Shown: in pieces, positions 16,537 through 25,575 of the stretch
Position numbering within the stretch: the first letter of the stretch is position 1
How the letters are laid out: the number at the start of each line of letters is the position of its first letter
Source of the DNA: a virus
Lineage: Duplodnaviria > Caudoviricetes
DNA: 25,607 nt
IMG/VR virus record: IMGVR_UViG_3300002301_000060
Coordinates: 1 to 25,607 of that record
Direction: 5' to 3' (one strand)
The notes under the pieces: model-generated
The model's input: only the letters and a program-made list of their open reading frames with translations
Told to the model about the DNA's origin: nothing
The model's database searches: none
Translations under genes and position numbers: made by a program

Positions 16537-16545
16537 TGTAATACA

Positions 16546-16575
16546 GGGGCTGGGTCAAAAGCCTAGCCCTTTTTT
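16546..16575 (+). terminator. Rho-independent terminator after the capsid gene
   Basis: GGGCTGGGT-CAAAA-GCCTAGCCC followed by TTTTTT. Confidence 0.85.
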
Positions 16576-16615
16576 CTTAATGTAATATGTCTATGCTTTT
16601 CAAGGAGAAAGACAC

Positions 16616-17605
16616 ATGCCACAATTTAGTGATGACCTATTCCTAGGTACTGCTCAAACCTTTATGGGTTTGTCTTATAATTCTACCGAGTGCGTTGTAG
16701 TCGGTTCAATTTCAGGCACAACCTTAACTGTAACTTCTTTGCTTTCTGGTGACCCTGTTACCGTTGGCTCATTTATTGGTGGATCTGGCGTAACAGCTGG
16801 TACACAAATTACTGCGTTCTTGAGTGGAACTGGCGGCGTTGGCACTTATACTGTCAATACTTCACAGACTGCTTCTAGCACAAATATTTATTTGTCAAAT
16901 AATGCTTACCTTGGTGATCCTGCTCCGATGGATCTCGGTGTTGGTCCCCTCGGTCGTATTTACATTTTTGACTTGATTCCACAAACATTGCAAACTGCTA
17001 ACATCGCTGCGAGTCAAACTCCAGCAGGTGCAGCTAACTTGACTTTGACTGCTGGTACAAGTACCCAATCAGTCGTACGTACTGACGGTACTACTGTAGT
17101 TCAATTAGATTGTCCTCGCGCTGTTCAATTAACTACTGTTTCTGGTACAATCGGCACTAGCCGCAATTTGACAGTTTCAGGTTACGATTACTACGGTCAA
17201 GCTATGACTGAAGTTATTGCCACTGGTACAACTTCAACTTCTGTAGCTAACGTAGCTGGTAAAAAAGCGTTCTATCAGATCTCTAGTATTGCTATCAATG
17301 GTTCATTACCTGTTGCAATCACTGTAGGTACTACTGATGTTTTAGGCTTACCAGTGCGCGTTGTTGACGCTGGTTATGTTGTTTCTGTAGGTTGGAACAA
17401 TACCTTGGCTCGTGATGCTGGTACTTTCACTGCTGCGGTTACTACTAATCCTGCGACTAGCTCAACTGGTGACGTACGCGGTACATACGTTCCATCTTCA
17501 GCAAGCAATGGTATTAAACGCCTTGTAATGGGTATTGGCTTGAATGGTATTCAAGTTGGTCCTAATGCAACCCGCACTGGTGCACTCGGCGTAACTCAAG
17601 CCTAA
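16616..17605 (+). CDS. Putative virion structural protein (Thr/Ser/Gly-rich, beta-stranded)
   Basis: [22 protein letters not shown] module, TGDVRGTY; SD AAGGAG. Confidence 0.7.
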   Translation: MPQFSDDLFLGTAQTFMGLSYNSTECVVVGSISGTTLTVTSLLSGDPVTVGSFIGGSGVTAGTQITAFLSGTGGVGTYTVNTSQTASSTNIYLSNNAYLGDPAPMDLGVGPLGRIYIFDLIPQTLQTANIAASQTPAGAANLTLTAGTSTQSVVRTDGTTVVQLDCPRAVQLTTVSGTIGTSRNLTVSGYDYYGQAMTEVIATGTTSTSVANVAGKKAFYQISSIAINGSLPVAITVGTTDVLGLPVRVVDAGYVVSVGWNNTLARDAGTFTAAVTTNPATSSTGDVRGTYVPSSASNGIKRLVMGIGLNGIQVGPNATRTGALGVTQA

Positions 17606-17621
17606 TAGGAGATAAAATACC

Positions 17622-18593
17622 ATGGCAACAAGTAAATTTATTCGTGAACCAAAAATGTTCACAACCGAGCCTTCAGTTGATGAAGTCGGCGAAGGTATGA
17701 AGCGCGGCGGTCATGCAAAAAAGCATGCTCGTGGCGGTCATATTCGCAATGAAGAAGCTGAAATCAAGCGCGTTGAAAAAGAGCTAAAGCATCATGAACA
17801 TGAGAAAGCCTCTAAAGCTCATCATGGTTTGAAGGCTGGTGGTCGTGCTCCTAAGGCTGGTCCTAATGTTATGGGTGGTTTAGAGGGTGGTATTGAAGCT
17901 ACTCGTCGTAACCCAAAACATATGACTGAAGGTGTTGAGGGTCCTGGATACAAACATGGCGGTAAAGTTCACCATGTTTCCGGACACCCTGTTGGTTCAC
18001 ATGAGCATCACAAAGCTATGGCTAAGCATCACGCCGCTAAGCACAAAGAAGGCGGTTCTGCGCATCACAAAAAGATGCATGAGCACCACAAGCATGAAGC
18101 CAAAATGTGCATGGGTGGTAAGATGCATAAAAAAGATGGCGGTGCTGCTATTGACCGTTTTGAAACTAAAACAACTTTGAAACCAAAAATTGATGTAAAA
18201 GATAAAGTAATTGGTGCTAAACAAACTAAATCTTTACACACCAAAACTGAAGGTCTTGAAGGCGCTGGTTACAAACACGGTGGTCATCTTAAGAAATTCG
18301 CTAAAGGTGGTTCTACTTCTAAATATCTAAACGATATGAAAGATGGAGCCAAAATGCCGACTAAGAAATCAGGCACTGGTGAAATCAAAGAAGGTCCAGC
18401 AGGTTACAAGCACGGCGGTCATGTAGCTCATCACTCCAAAAGCAAGCACGAACATGCTGGACACAAATCCATGCATGAACATGCCTCTAAGCACCACGCC
18501 CACGGTGGACATGTTTCCCATAAGGAACACATGGCGCACGGTGGTAAGGCTCACAAAGCTACTGGTGGTAAAGCTAAGAAGTGTAACTGGTAA
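17622..18593 (+). CDS. His/Lys-rich low-complexity protein with 15 GG dipeptides
   Basis: About 46 His in 323 aa (hand count); three GYKHGG repeats; SD AGGAG; terminator downstream. Confidence 0.85.
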   Translation: MATSKFIREPKMFTTEPSVDEVGEGMKRGGHAKKHARGGHIRNEEAEIKRVEKELKHHEHEKASKAHHGLKAGGRAPKAGPNVMGGLEGGIEATRRNPKHMTEGVEGPGYKHGGKVHHVSGHPVGSHEHHKAMAKHHAAKHKEGGSAHHKKMHEHHKHEAKMCMGGKMHKKDGGAAIDRFETKTTLKPKIDVKDKVIGAKQTKSLHTKTEGLEGAGYKHGGHLKKFAKGGSTSKYLNDMKDGAKMPTKKSGTGEIKEGPAGYKHGGHVAHHSKSKHEHAGHKSMHEHASKHHAHGGHVSHKEHMAHGGKAHKATGGKAKKCNW

Positions 18594-18598
18594 GAATT

Positions 18599-18624
18599 AG
18601 CGGGGGTTCGCCCCTGCTTTTCTT
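18599..18624 (+). terminator. Rho-independent terminator
   Basis: AGCGGGGG-TTCG-CCCCTGCT followed by TTTCTT. Confidence 0.85.
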
Positions 18625-18643
18625 AAATTTTGGAGAATGAGAT

Positions 18644-19393
18644 ATGACTGCATCAGTTTCGTCAGCAACGGTCAAAGGCGCGTATGAGCCGTTTGACTTA
18701 CAAGTAGCCCGTGGCCAAATTTTTGGACATAGTACTGTAAATATTTACGGATTTCAATCCGCTGTAACAACGACCAATATTCCTCTTTGGGAAAATGCAA
18801 CTGTATACGCTTTTCCTGGATCAGCTGTAGTAATGACCCTCGCTAGTGCTTCTGCATCTGATACTGCTGTTAAAATTCAAATCAGCGGTCTTGATGCTAA
18901 TTACAACGTAATTTCTGAAGTTGTATCATTAAATGGTACTACTGGTGTAAACACCGTAAACAGTTACCTGCGTATTAATTCGTTAATCACTACCGCAGGT
19001 AATGCTGTAGGTATTGTCACTGCAAAAAATGGCGGCACTACTTACGCTCAAATTAACGTAGGATTCGGTCGTAGCTTGATGTCAATTTACACTGTACCTA
19101 ATGGATTTGATTTTTATTTAAAGCGCGTTGATGCTAATTCATCTTTCAACGGTAACAATGCTAACTTTATTTATTATCAAAATCAAAGTACAAGTAACAC
19201 AGGCGTGAATATTATCAGCCAAAAAGCACCATTCGTTACGGGTTACAGCGCATTACGCGTTATGCCTCGTAAGTTTTCTGCAAAAACTGACTTGCAATTT
19301 TTGTTTGTAACTAGCGCAAGTACAGCTGCAGTGAACCTAAGTGTTGAAGGTTATTTAATTCAATCTGACGTAGCTCTGAATGTGACTCCTTAA
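18644..19393 (+). CDS. Putative virion structural protein
   Basis: 249 aa; [35 protein letters not shown]; SD GGAG. Confidence 0.7.
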   Translation: MTASVSSATVKGAYEPFDLQVARGQIFGHSTVNIYGFQSAVTTTNIPLWENATVYAFPGSAVVMTLASASASDTAVKIQISGLDANYNVISEVVSLNGTTGVNTVNSYLRINSLITTAGNAVGIVTAKNGGTTYAQINVGFGRSLMSIYTVPNGFDFYLKRVDANSSFNGNNANFIYYQNQSTSNTGVNIISQKAPFVTGYSALRVMPRKFSAKTDLQFLFVTSASTAAVNLSVEGYLIQSDVALNVTP

Positions 19394-19394
19394 T

Positions 19395-19553
19395 ATGCCG
19401 CTCATCAAGTCTAAATCTAAAATTGCTTTTGGTAAAAACATTGCTGCTGAAATTAAGGCGGGTAAGCCGCAAAAACAAGCAGTGGCAATTGCATATAGTG
19501 AAAAGCGCGAGGCTTCTAAAAAGAAGACTGGCGGAAAAATTAAGAACTGGTGA
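19395..19553 (+). CDS. Small basic protein (52 aa) with KQAVAIAYS motif (DUF6496-like) and KKTGGKI
   Basis: Not in track. [52 protein letters not shown]; fills the gap between neighbours. Confidence 0.85.
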   Translation: MPLIKSKSKIAFGKNIAAEIKAGKPQKQAVAIAYSEKREASKKKTGGKIKNW

Positions 19554-19556
19554 GCC

Positions 19557-19955
19557 ATGCCCAAGAATGGTCTCTACGCGAATATTCATGCAAAGCAAGA
19601 GCGCATTAAGGCTGGCTCTGGTGAAAAGATGCGTCGTGTGGGAGCTAAGGGTGCGCCTACTAAGCAGGCATTTATTGAATCGGCTAAGACTGCTAAAAAG
19701 AAATCTGGCGGTGAAGTTTCACTAAGTATTAAAAAGGGTGAAAAGCTACCGACTAGCAAGGGTGCAGGCTTAACAGCTAAAGGTAGAGCCAAGTATAATA
19801 AGGCAACGGGGTCTCATTTAAAAGCCCCGCAACCTGAAGGTGGAGCGCGAAAAGATTCATTCTGCGCACGCATGTCAGGTGTAGTAAACAAATCCAAAGG
19901 TGATGCGCCTAGAGCAAAAGCATCTTTGAAACGATGGAAATGTCCAGGATGGTAA
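19557..19955 (+). CDS. Basic protein, DUF6321-like C-terminal domain
   Basis: GLYANIHAKQERIKAGSGEKMR N-module, KKSGGEV linker, GLTAKGRAKYN..LKAP..RKDSFCARM..SLKRWKC. Confidence 0.8.
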   Translation: MPKNGLYANIHAKQERIKAGSGEKMRRVGAKGAPTKQAFIESAKTAKKKSGGEVSLSIKKGEKLPTSKGAGLTAKGRAKYNKATGSHLKAPQPEGGARKDSFCARMSGVVNKSKGDAPRAKASLKRWKCPGW

Positions 19956-19956
19956 A

Positions 19957-21015
19957 ATGAGCACTAGCGGAACAGTTTCTCAAACAGTCGTATCGGTTCA
20001 AGACCTGATTGACCACGGTGCTCGCCGCGCTGGTAAGTTAGCTGAAGAACTTACAGTAGAGCAAGTAAATGCTGCAAAGACTAGTTTGTATTATCTCTTG
20101 TCTAGCCTAGCTAACTGGGGTATTAACTACTGGGCGATTAATAAGGTAGTAATTGGCTTAATCCCTGACCAGACGTATTACTATTTACCCCTCGGTACTG
20201 TTGACGTTTTGAACGCTAACTATCGTACAACTAGTAATATCACTACTGGCTCATATAGCACCTCTGGCGTTACTGCTAATGCATTTGACGGTGTGGGTCA
20301 GAACATATGTCAACTCACAAATAACACTGGGGCAATCGGTATTAACGGCGGCTCAGGTAGTCCGCTTTATATTAATACTGTTGGTATTCTCTCTGCGGTA
20401 ACTGGTTCGGTTACTATTGAAATTCAAGCATCAAGCGACGGTACAACATGGGAAGTTATCGAGGCTCCTGGAGCTGTAAACTGGGTAGCTGGGCAATGGC
20501 TCTATTATGATTTAGAAGCTACTGCTACTTTACCATATTGGCGTATCCAGCAGGTCAGCGGTATTAACATGGGTGTGCGTCAAGTTCAATTCGGTACAAT
20601 GCCAGTGGCAATCCCTATGGCTCGTATGAACAGGGATGATTATTCAAACCTACCGAACCGTCAATTTCAAGCCTTACGCCCCCTGCAATATTGGTTCAAC
20701 CGAACTATTAATCAGCCGAATATGGAAGTCTGGCCAGTGCCAAACTCTATTCAACCTCAGATTGAACTCTGGCTTAACCGCTATATTCAAGACGTAGGTG
20801 ATTTGAACGGGGAAATTGAGATTCCACAATACATGTACCTTGCGATTCAATGGGGATTGGCTCATCAGATGGCATGTGAAATGCCTCAAGTTGACCCTCA
20901 GCGCATCGTATATTGTGAACAACAATATGAGAAACACTTAATCATGGCTCAGAATGAAAACCGCGATAAATCGCCTATTTATTTTGCTCCAAACATCAGT
21001 TACTACACAAGGTAA
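19957..21015 (+). CDS. Putative head-tail adaptor / tail tubular protein with inserted discoidin-like beta domain
   Basis: MSTSGT, LANWGINYW, RMNRDDYSNLPN..RPLQYWFNR, WPVP, AIQWGLAH; insert from NAFDG to YWRI including ASSDGTTW. Confidence 0.65.
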   Translation: MSTSGTVSQTVVSVQDLIDHGARRAGKLAEELTVEQVNAAKTSLYYLLSSLANWGINYWAINKVVIGLIPDQTYYYLPLGTVDVLNANYRTTSNITTGSYSTSGVTANAFDGVGQNICQLTNNTGAIGINGGSGSPLYINTVGILSAVTGSVTIEIQASSDGTTWEVIEAPGAVNWVAGQWLYYDLEATATLPYWRIQQVSGINMGVRQVQFGTMPVAIPMARMNRDDYSNLPNRQFQALRPLQYWFNRTINQPNMEVWPVPNSIQPQIELWLNRYIQDVGDLNGEIEIPQYMYLAIQWGLAHQMACEMPQVDPQRIVYCEQQYEKHLIMAQNENRDKSPIYFAPNISYYTR

Positions 21016-21018
21016 CTC

Positions 21019-21387
21019 ATGCCAAAGTGGTTAGACACCCTCGGAAATAATGTGCTGAGCATCGCTATCTGCGATCGCTGTAAAATGAAACGCGCATATA
21101 GCGAGATTATTCCTGACGGTAATATCCCTGCCTTGCGGGTATGCCAAAATGGCTGTTCTGATCAATTTGACCCGTATCGCCTACCTGCTCGTCAACCAGA
21201 AAAAATCACAATTCGATTTCCGCGCCCTGATGCAGACATTGCGGTTTATAATGACGCTATTACGACGGATCCTAACGTCGCAAATACGCCTAACGACGTA
21301 ACACAAGGAACTGAAGGTGAATGGGGTATTGCGCCTGAAACTTCAGAGGATGATATTGACGGAAACTTGGATTCATTAGCGCCATGA
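21019..21387 (+). CDS. Cys-motif protein (CDRC..CxxxC) of the neck/tail module
   Basis: AICDRC, LRVCQNGCSDQFDP, FPRPD, acidic tail. Confidence 0.7.
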   Translation: MPKWLDTLGNNVLSIAICDRCKMKRAYSEIIPDGNIPALRVCQNGCSDQFDPYRLPARQPEKITIRFPRPDADIAVYNDAITTDPNVANTPNDVTQGTEGEWGIAPETSEDDIDGNLDSLAP

Positions 21388-21983
21388 ACGATTCTTTTGT
21401 ATACTCTTGGTCAGATTATAAAACCGCTAAGGTGTATGTAGGGGTTCATAAAGGTTTTGAAGATGACGGTTATATTTGTTCTTCTAAGTATATGCTTAAA
21501 GAATACAAAGAAAGACCTCAAGACTTTACTCGTGAAATTATCGCTAAAGGCGCGTGGAAAGATTGTATAGTTTTTGAGAAAAAGATCAATCAACAGCTTA
21601 TAAAAAACATTGATACAACTTACAATCGCCACGCTTTTCCAGCAATTGTAAATAATGCTGAAACTAGAAAAGAAATAGGTAGAAAACTTTCAATTAGATT
21701 TAAAAATAGAATTGTTCCTCCTGAAGTTGGGCTTGCCATTTCAAAAGCTAAAACAGGTGTTAAACTTTCTAAAGAACACTGTGAAGCGTTAAGTAAAGCT
21801 CAAACAGGTAGAAAAGATTCTCCTGAAAGAATTGCTAATCGATCATTAGCTTTAAAAGGTATAAACAAATCTCCTAAATCTGAAGAAACAAAAGCTAAAA
21901 TTAGCTTGAAAATCAAAGCTCTTTGGCGAGATCCTGAATATAGAGCGCGGTTAGTAAAAGCTCACACTTCTAGTAAAGATTAA
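21384..21983 (+). mobile_element. Free-standing GIY-YIG homing endonuclease with NUMOD3-like repeats (Seg-like)
   Basis: FVY..KVYVGVH..YICSS..FTREII..E..YN; repeats AISKAKTG, EHCEALSKAQTG, KSEETKAKIS; AT-rich relative to flanks. Confidence 0.85.
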
Positions 21984-21985
21984 TT

Positions 21986-24433
21986 ATGGCAAATATTAGA
22001 ATTTCACAACTACCAACTGCTCCTTCAGCCATTACTGGCGCTGAGTTAGTACCGATTGTTCAAAATGGTGAGACTGTTCAGGCGACTGTTAATCAATTAG
22101 TTTCTAGTCCCGCGCAAACTCAAACCTTCCTGACTGTAAACCATGAACCAACACTCCCTAATAGCCGTTATTTTGGCGTTGGAGTTGGTATTGGGATTAC
22201 TGATACTGGTGCTCAAGGTAAGTTTTCATTATTTCTAAACGGAACGTCTGGCTCGCTTGAGACAGCGGGTTACGGTCTAATTGTAAAGACAGGTGCGGGT
22301 GCAATCGCTGCACGTGTGTTATCTGCCTCAGGAGCAGGTCTTTCAATAACGAATGGTGACGGCATTAGTGGTAACCCTACAATTGCTCCAACGGGTCTTC
22401 TCTACTCCCTCGCAAATCTGAGTGGCACTGGGCTAATCTTTTCAAACGGGAGCACTCTCAGCCCTCTGAGCATCGCTGGAACCACAAATCAGATTAGCGT
22501 AGCCAGCGGTAACGGAGTAAGCGGTAACCCGACAATTTCATTCGCTAGTGATGCTATATTCCCTGGAACTGCAGGTATCACTGTACCGAACGGTACTACG
22601 GGTCAAAGACCTATAGCTCCGAACCTCGGTCAGATGCGATATAACACTACTACCTCCCGTTTTGAGTTTTACGAGGGTGGAATGTGGGCAGTAATCGGGA
22701 TTGGTGACGGCACTGTAACTCAAGTGAACGGAACAGCTAACCAGATTAATGTAATCAATAATACTACCACTCCTACGGTAAGTATTGTAAATAATCCTAC
22801 GCTTCCTGGATCGGGTGGTGTATTAATCCCTATCGGCACTACCGCGCAAAGACCTGGATCAGGTAACGGAACACTACGTTATAACTCTGACACTGGAACT
22901 TTTGAGGGTTATGCCAATGGTATTTGGGGCGCGATTGTCACAGGTTCAGGTGTAACTTCCGTTGCTACGGGTACAGGCTTAACTGGCGGACCGATTACTT
23001 CAACTGGTACAATTTCAATTGCTAATACTACCGTAACTGCGGGTAGTTATGGTTCGGCTTCATCAGTAGGTACGTTTATTGTAAACGGTCAGGGTCAACT
23101 TACCACTGCGGCTTCGGTAGCTATTAGTATTGCTCCTAGTCAGATTAATGCAACCATACCTAACAGTGGTTTAACAAATAGTTCAGTTACTGTTGGCTCC
23201 ACCAATATTGCCCTCGGTGCTACTAGCTTAACGCTCGCAGGTTTGACTTCAGTCACTGTGACTCAAGACCCGATTTCCGCATTGCAGTTAGCAACTAAAC
23301 AGTATGTTGACAATATTGCTCAAGGCTTAAACACAAAAGCACCTGTATTGTGCGCTACTACAGCGAATATTACTCTTTCAGGTGAACAAACTATTGACGG
23401 CGTTACGACTTCAGCTAGTCGCGTATTAGTTAAGAACCAAAGTACTGCCGCTAATAACGGTATTTATCTTTCTGGTTCGGGAGCTTGGACTCGTACTGCT
23501 GATGCTAATACCTGGAACCAATTGGTTTCTGCTTACGTATTGGTAGAAACAGGAACCATTAATGGTGACACAGGTTGGGTATGTACTAGTGATCCAGGTG
23601 GTACACTCGGGGTTACAGCGGTAACTTGGGTTCAATTCTCAGGCGCAGGTACTTACACGGCTGGCACAGGCTTAACCCTGACTGGTACGCAGTTTAGTAT
23701 TACCAACACCGCAGTAACCGCTGGAACCTACGGTAACGCCGCACGGAACATGACGCTAGTAGTTAATGCTCAAGGTCAAATCACTTCATTGATTGATCAA
23801 CCTATTAGCATAGCACCAAGTCAAATTAACGCTACAATACCTAATTCTGGACTCACAAACAGCTCAATCACCATCAATGGCTCAGCAATTAGCCTCGGTG
23901 GATCAGTTAGCGTAGGTACTGTAACTAGCGTAGCGGCTTTAACCCTCGGTACTACGGGTACTGATCTTTCATCTTCTGTGGCAACAGGAACTACTACTCC
24001 CGTTATTACCTTAAATGTTCCTACTGCCTCGGCTACTAACCGTGGAGCACTTTCAGCTGCTGATTGGACTACATTTAACGGTAAGGCTCCTGGTACAACT
24101 TTTACTACAAACTACATACCTTACGGTCAAGGCACAACGACTCTTAACCAGTCATCTAGTTTACAGTTTGACGGAACTAACTTAAATGCTCCGAATAGCG
24201 TAACCACTGGCGGTCATTACTCAAAAGGCGCGTTCGGTGGAACCTATGCTGATGGTATTGTTCTAGATTATGTAACTGGTAACGGGCGATTCAGTGTAGG
24301 CACGGCTGATGGATATACTTGGTACAATGGTGGGTTAGCAAATACTTCACTCGCAGCATTAACTTCCGCTGGTAACTTTTCAGCAATCGGAACTGGAACA
24401 TTCGTCAACGGTATTGGTGGCGGAAACTTTTAA
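21986..24433 (+). CDS. Long tail fibre protein with internal repeats
   Basis: 815 aa Thr/Gly/Ser-rich; two GTT.QRP..G..RYN modules; ATKQYVD..ATTANITLSG.QTIDGV..RVLVKNQ..NGIY domain; duplicated ~70-aa module. Confidence 0.85.
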   Translation: MANIRISQLPTAPSAITGAELVPIVQNGETVQATVNQLVSSPAQTQTFLTVNHEPTLPNSRYFGVGVGIGITDTGAQGKFSLFLNGTSGSLETAGYGLIVKTGAGAIAARVLSASGAGLSITNGDGISGNPTIAPTGLLYSLANLSGTGLIFSNGSTLSPLSIAGTTNQISVASGNGVSGNPTISFASDAIFPGTAGITVPNGTTGQRPIAPNLGQMRYNTTTSRFEFYEGGMWAVIGIGDGTVTQVNGTANQINVINNTTTPTVSIVNNPTLPGSGGVLIPIGTTAQRPGSGNGTLRYNSDTGTFEGYANGIWGAIVTGSGVTSVATGTGLTGGPITSTGTISIANTTVTAGSYGSASSVGTFIVNGQGQLTTAASVAISIAPSQINATIPNSGLTNSSVTVGSTNIALGATSLTLAGLTSVTVTQDPISALQLATKQYVDNIAQGLNTKAPVLCATTANITLSGEQTIDGVTTSASRVLVKNQSTAANNGIYLSGSGAWTRTADANTWNQLVSAYVLVETGTINGDTGWVCTSDPGGTLGVTAVTWVQFSGAGTYTAGTGLTLTGTQFSITNTAVTAGTYGNAARNMTLVVNAQGQITSLIDQPISIAPSQINATIPNSGLTNSSITINGSAISLGGSVSVGTVTSVAALTLGTTGTDLSSSVATGTTTPVITLNVPTASATNRGALSAADWTTFNGKAPGTTFTTNYIPYGQGTTTLNQSSSLQFDGTNLNAPNSVTTGGHYSKGAFGGTYADGIVLDYVTGNGRFSVGTADGYTWYNGGLANTSLAALTSAGNFSAIGTGTFVNGIGGGNF

Positions 24434-24445
24434 TTGTATCAATTT

Positions 24446-24457
24446 AAAGCTATAATT
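24446..24457 (+). promoter_or_regulatory. Putative promoter variant AAAGCTATAATT
   Basis: 10/12 match to the recurrent motif, in the short gap before the second fibre gene. Confidence 0.55.
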
Positions 24458-24474
24458 TTGCAAAAGGATTAATT

Positions 24475-25575
24475 ATGCCACAATCAGGATTCACGCCCGT
24501 TCAAACATATTCCAGTTCAACTCCTGGGAATGTACCTCTCGCAGCTAATTTAACCAATACGACTCAGGGTGCTGAGTTAGCCATCAATATTGCTGACGGC
24601 AAGTTATTCTACAAAGATTCTTCTGGCGTAGTGCAAGTTATCGGCACAAAAGGTGGCGTAGGCACATCTTCTACTACTCAAGTCCTTTATAACTCTAGTG
24701 GATTAGTAGTTGGTTCTGCCAACATGACCTTTGATGGTTCTACACTTACTACCCTTAATTCTGCCTACACAGGCACACTTACAGGCGGTACAGGAGTAGT
24801 TAATCTAGGTTCAGGACAGTTTTATAAAGATGCTAGTGGTAATGTAGGTATTGGTGTTACACCTAGCACTTGGAATACAGATTACAAAGCATTACAAATT
24901 GGTAATTATTCCTCGTTTTATGGTCGTGTTAGTTCAAACGAAACAGGAATAATGAATAATATGTATAGAAATGGGTCTGCCCAATATACATATTTAAATA
25001 GTGCAGCAGCAGCATGGTATTACATATCAGGCAGTAGCCATAACTGGACTAGTTCAGCATCAGGAACTGCTGGTAATGCTGTTACAACAACACAAGTTTT
25101 ATCTGTTGATAGGGGACTTACTCTTGCTTTGCAAGGTGCATCTTCAAATTCTGGCACAGGTATAACATTCCCAGCAACCCAATCCGCTTCATCTGATGCA
25201 AATACACTAGATGATTATGAAGAAGGTACTTGGACACCTGTAGTTTCTATGAATTCAGGCACTTCTTCAGGCGGAAGCGGTAGTGGAACTTATATAAAAA
25301 TTGGTAGGCAAGTTACAGTAACAATGTATCTAAATTTAGGCACTGTATCTGTTGGTGGAACTATAAATGGTTTTACAGGGTTTCCATTTAATTCACAAAA
25401 TACAAATCAAGTAGCCGTTGGTTTAGCACGAGAAAATGCTAACACAGGGTTTGGTTGGGAGATTCGTGTAAATGCCAATGATAGCAGTGGTTTATTAAGA
25501 ACAACATCTTCAAATTCAGCTAATGTGGCAACTGGCGATACTTTTGTTGGAACTGTAACTTATTTCACTTCATAA
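24475..25575 (+). CDS. Tail fibre / receptor-binding protein
   Basis: ELAINIADGKLFYKD N-module, SGNVGIG, GITFPATQSASSDANTLDDYEEGTWTP..YIKIGRQVTV..GFPF C-terminal domain. Confidence 0.8.
   Translation: MPQSGFTPVQTYSSSTPGNVPLAANLTNTTQGAELAINIADGKLFYKDSSGVVQVIGTKGGVGTSSTTQVLYNSSGLVVGSANMTFDGSTLTTLNSAYTGTLTGGTGVVNLGSGQFYKDASGNVGIGVTPSTWNTDYKALQIGNYSSFYGRVSSNETGIMNNMYRNGSAQYTYLNSAAAAWYYISGSSHNWTSSASGTAGNAVTTTQVLSVDRGLTLALQGASSNSGTGITFPATQSASSDANTLDDYEEGTWTPVVSMNSGTSSGGSGSGTYIKIGRQVTVTMYLNLGTVSVGGTINGFTGFPFNSQNTNQVAVGLARENANTGFGWEIRVNANDSSGLLRTTSSNSANVATGDTFVGTVTYFTS

Noticed and set aside
19423-19725. 100-aa ORF in the track
   Set aside because: Out of frame with two better genes (19395..19553 and 19557..19955) that carry recognisable motifs.
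21384-21983. Group I intron around the endonuclease
   Set aside because: Flanking genes look complete and there is no non-coding space for an intron core.
21986-25575. Diversity-generating retroelement targeting the fibres
   Set aside because: No reverse transcriptase and no repeat pair with adenine-specific differences in the window; the fibre repeat differs synonymously at all base types.
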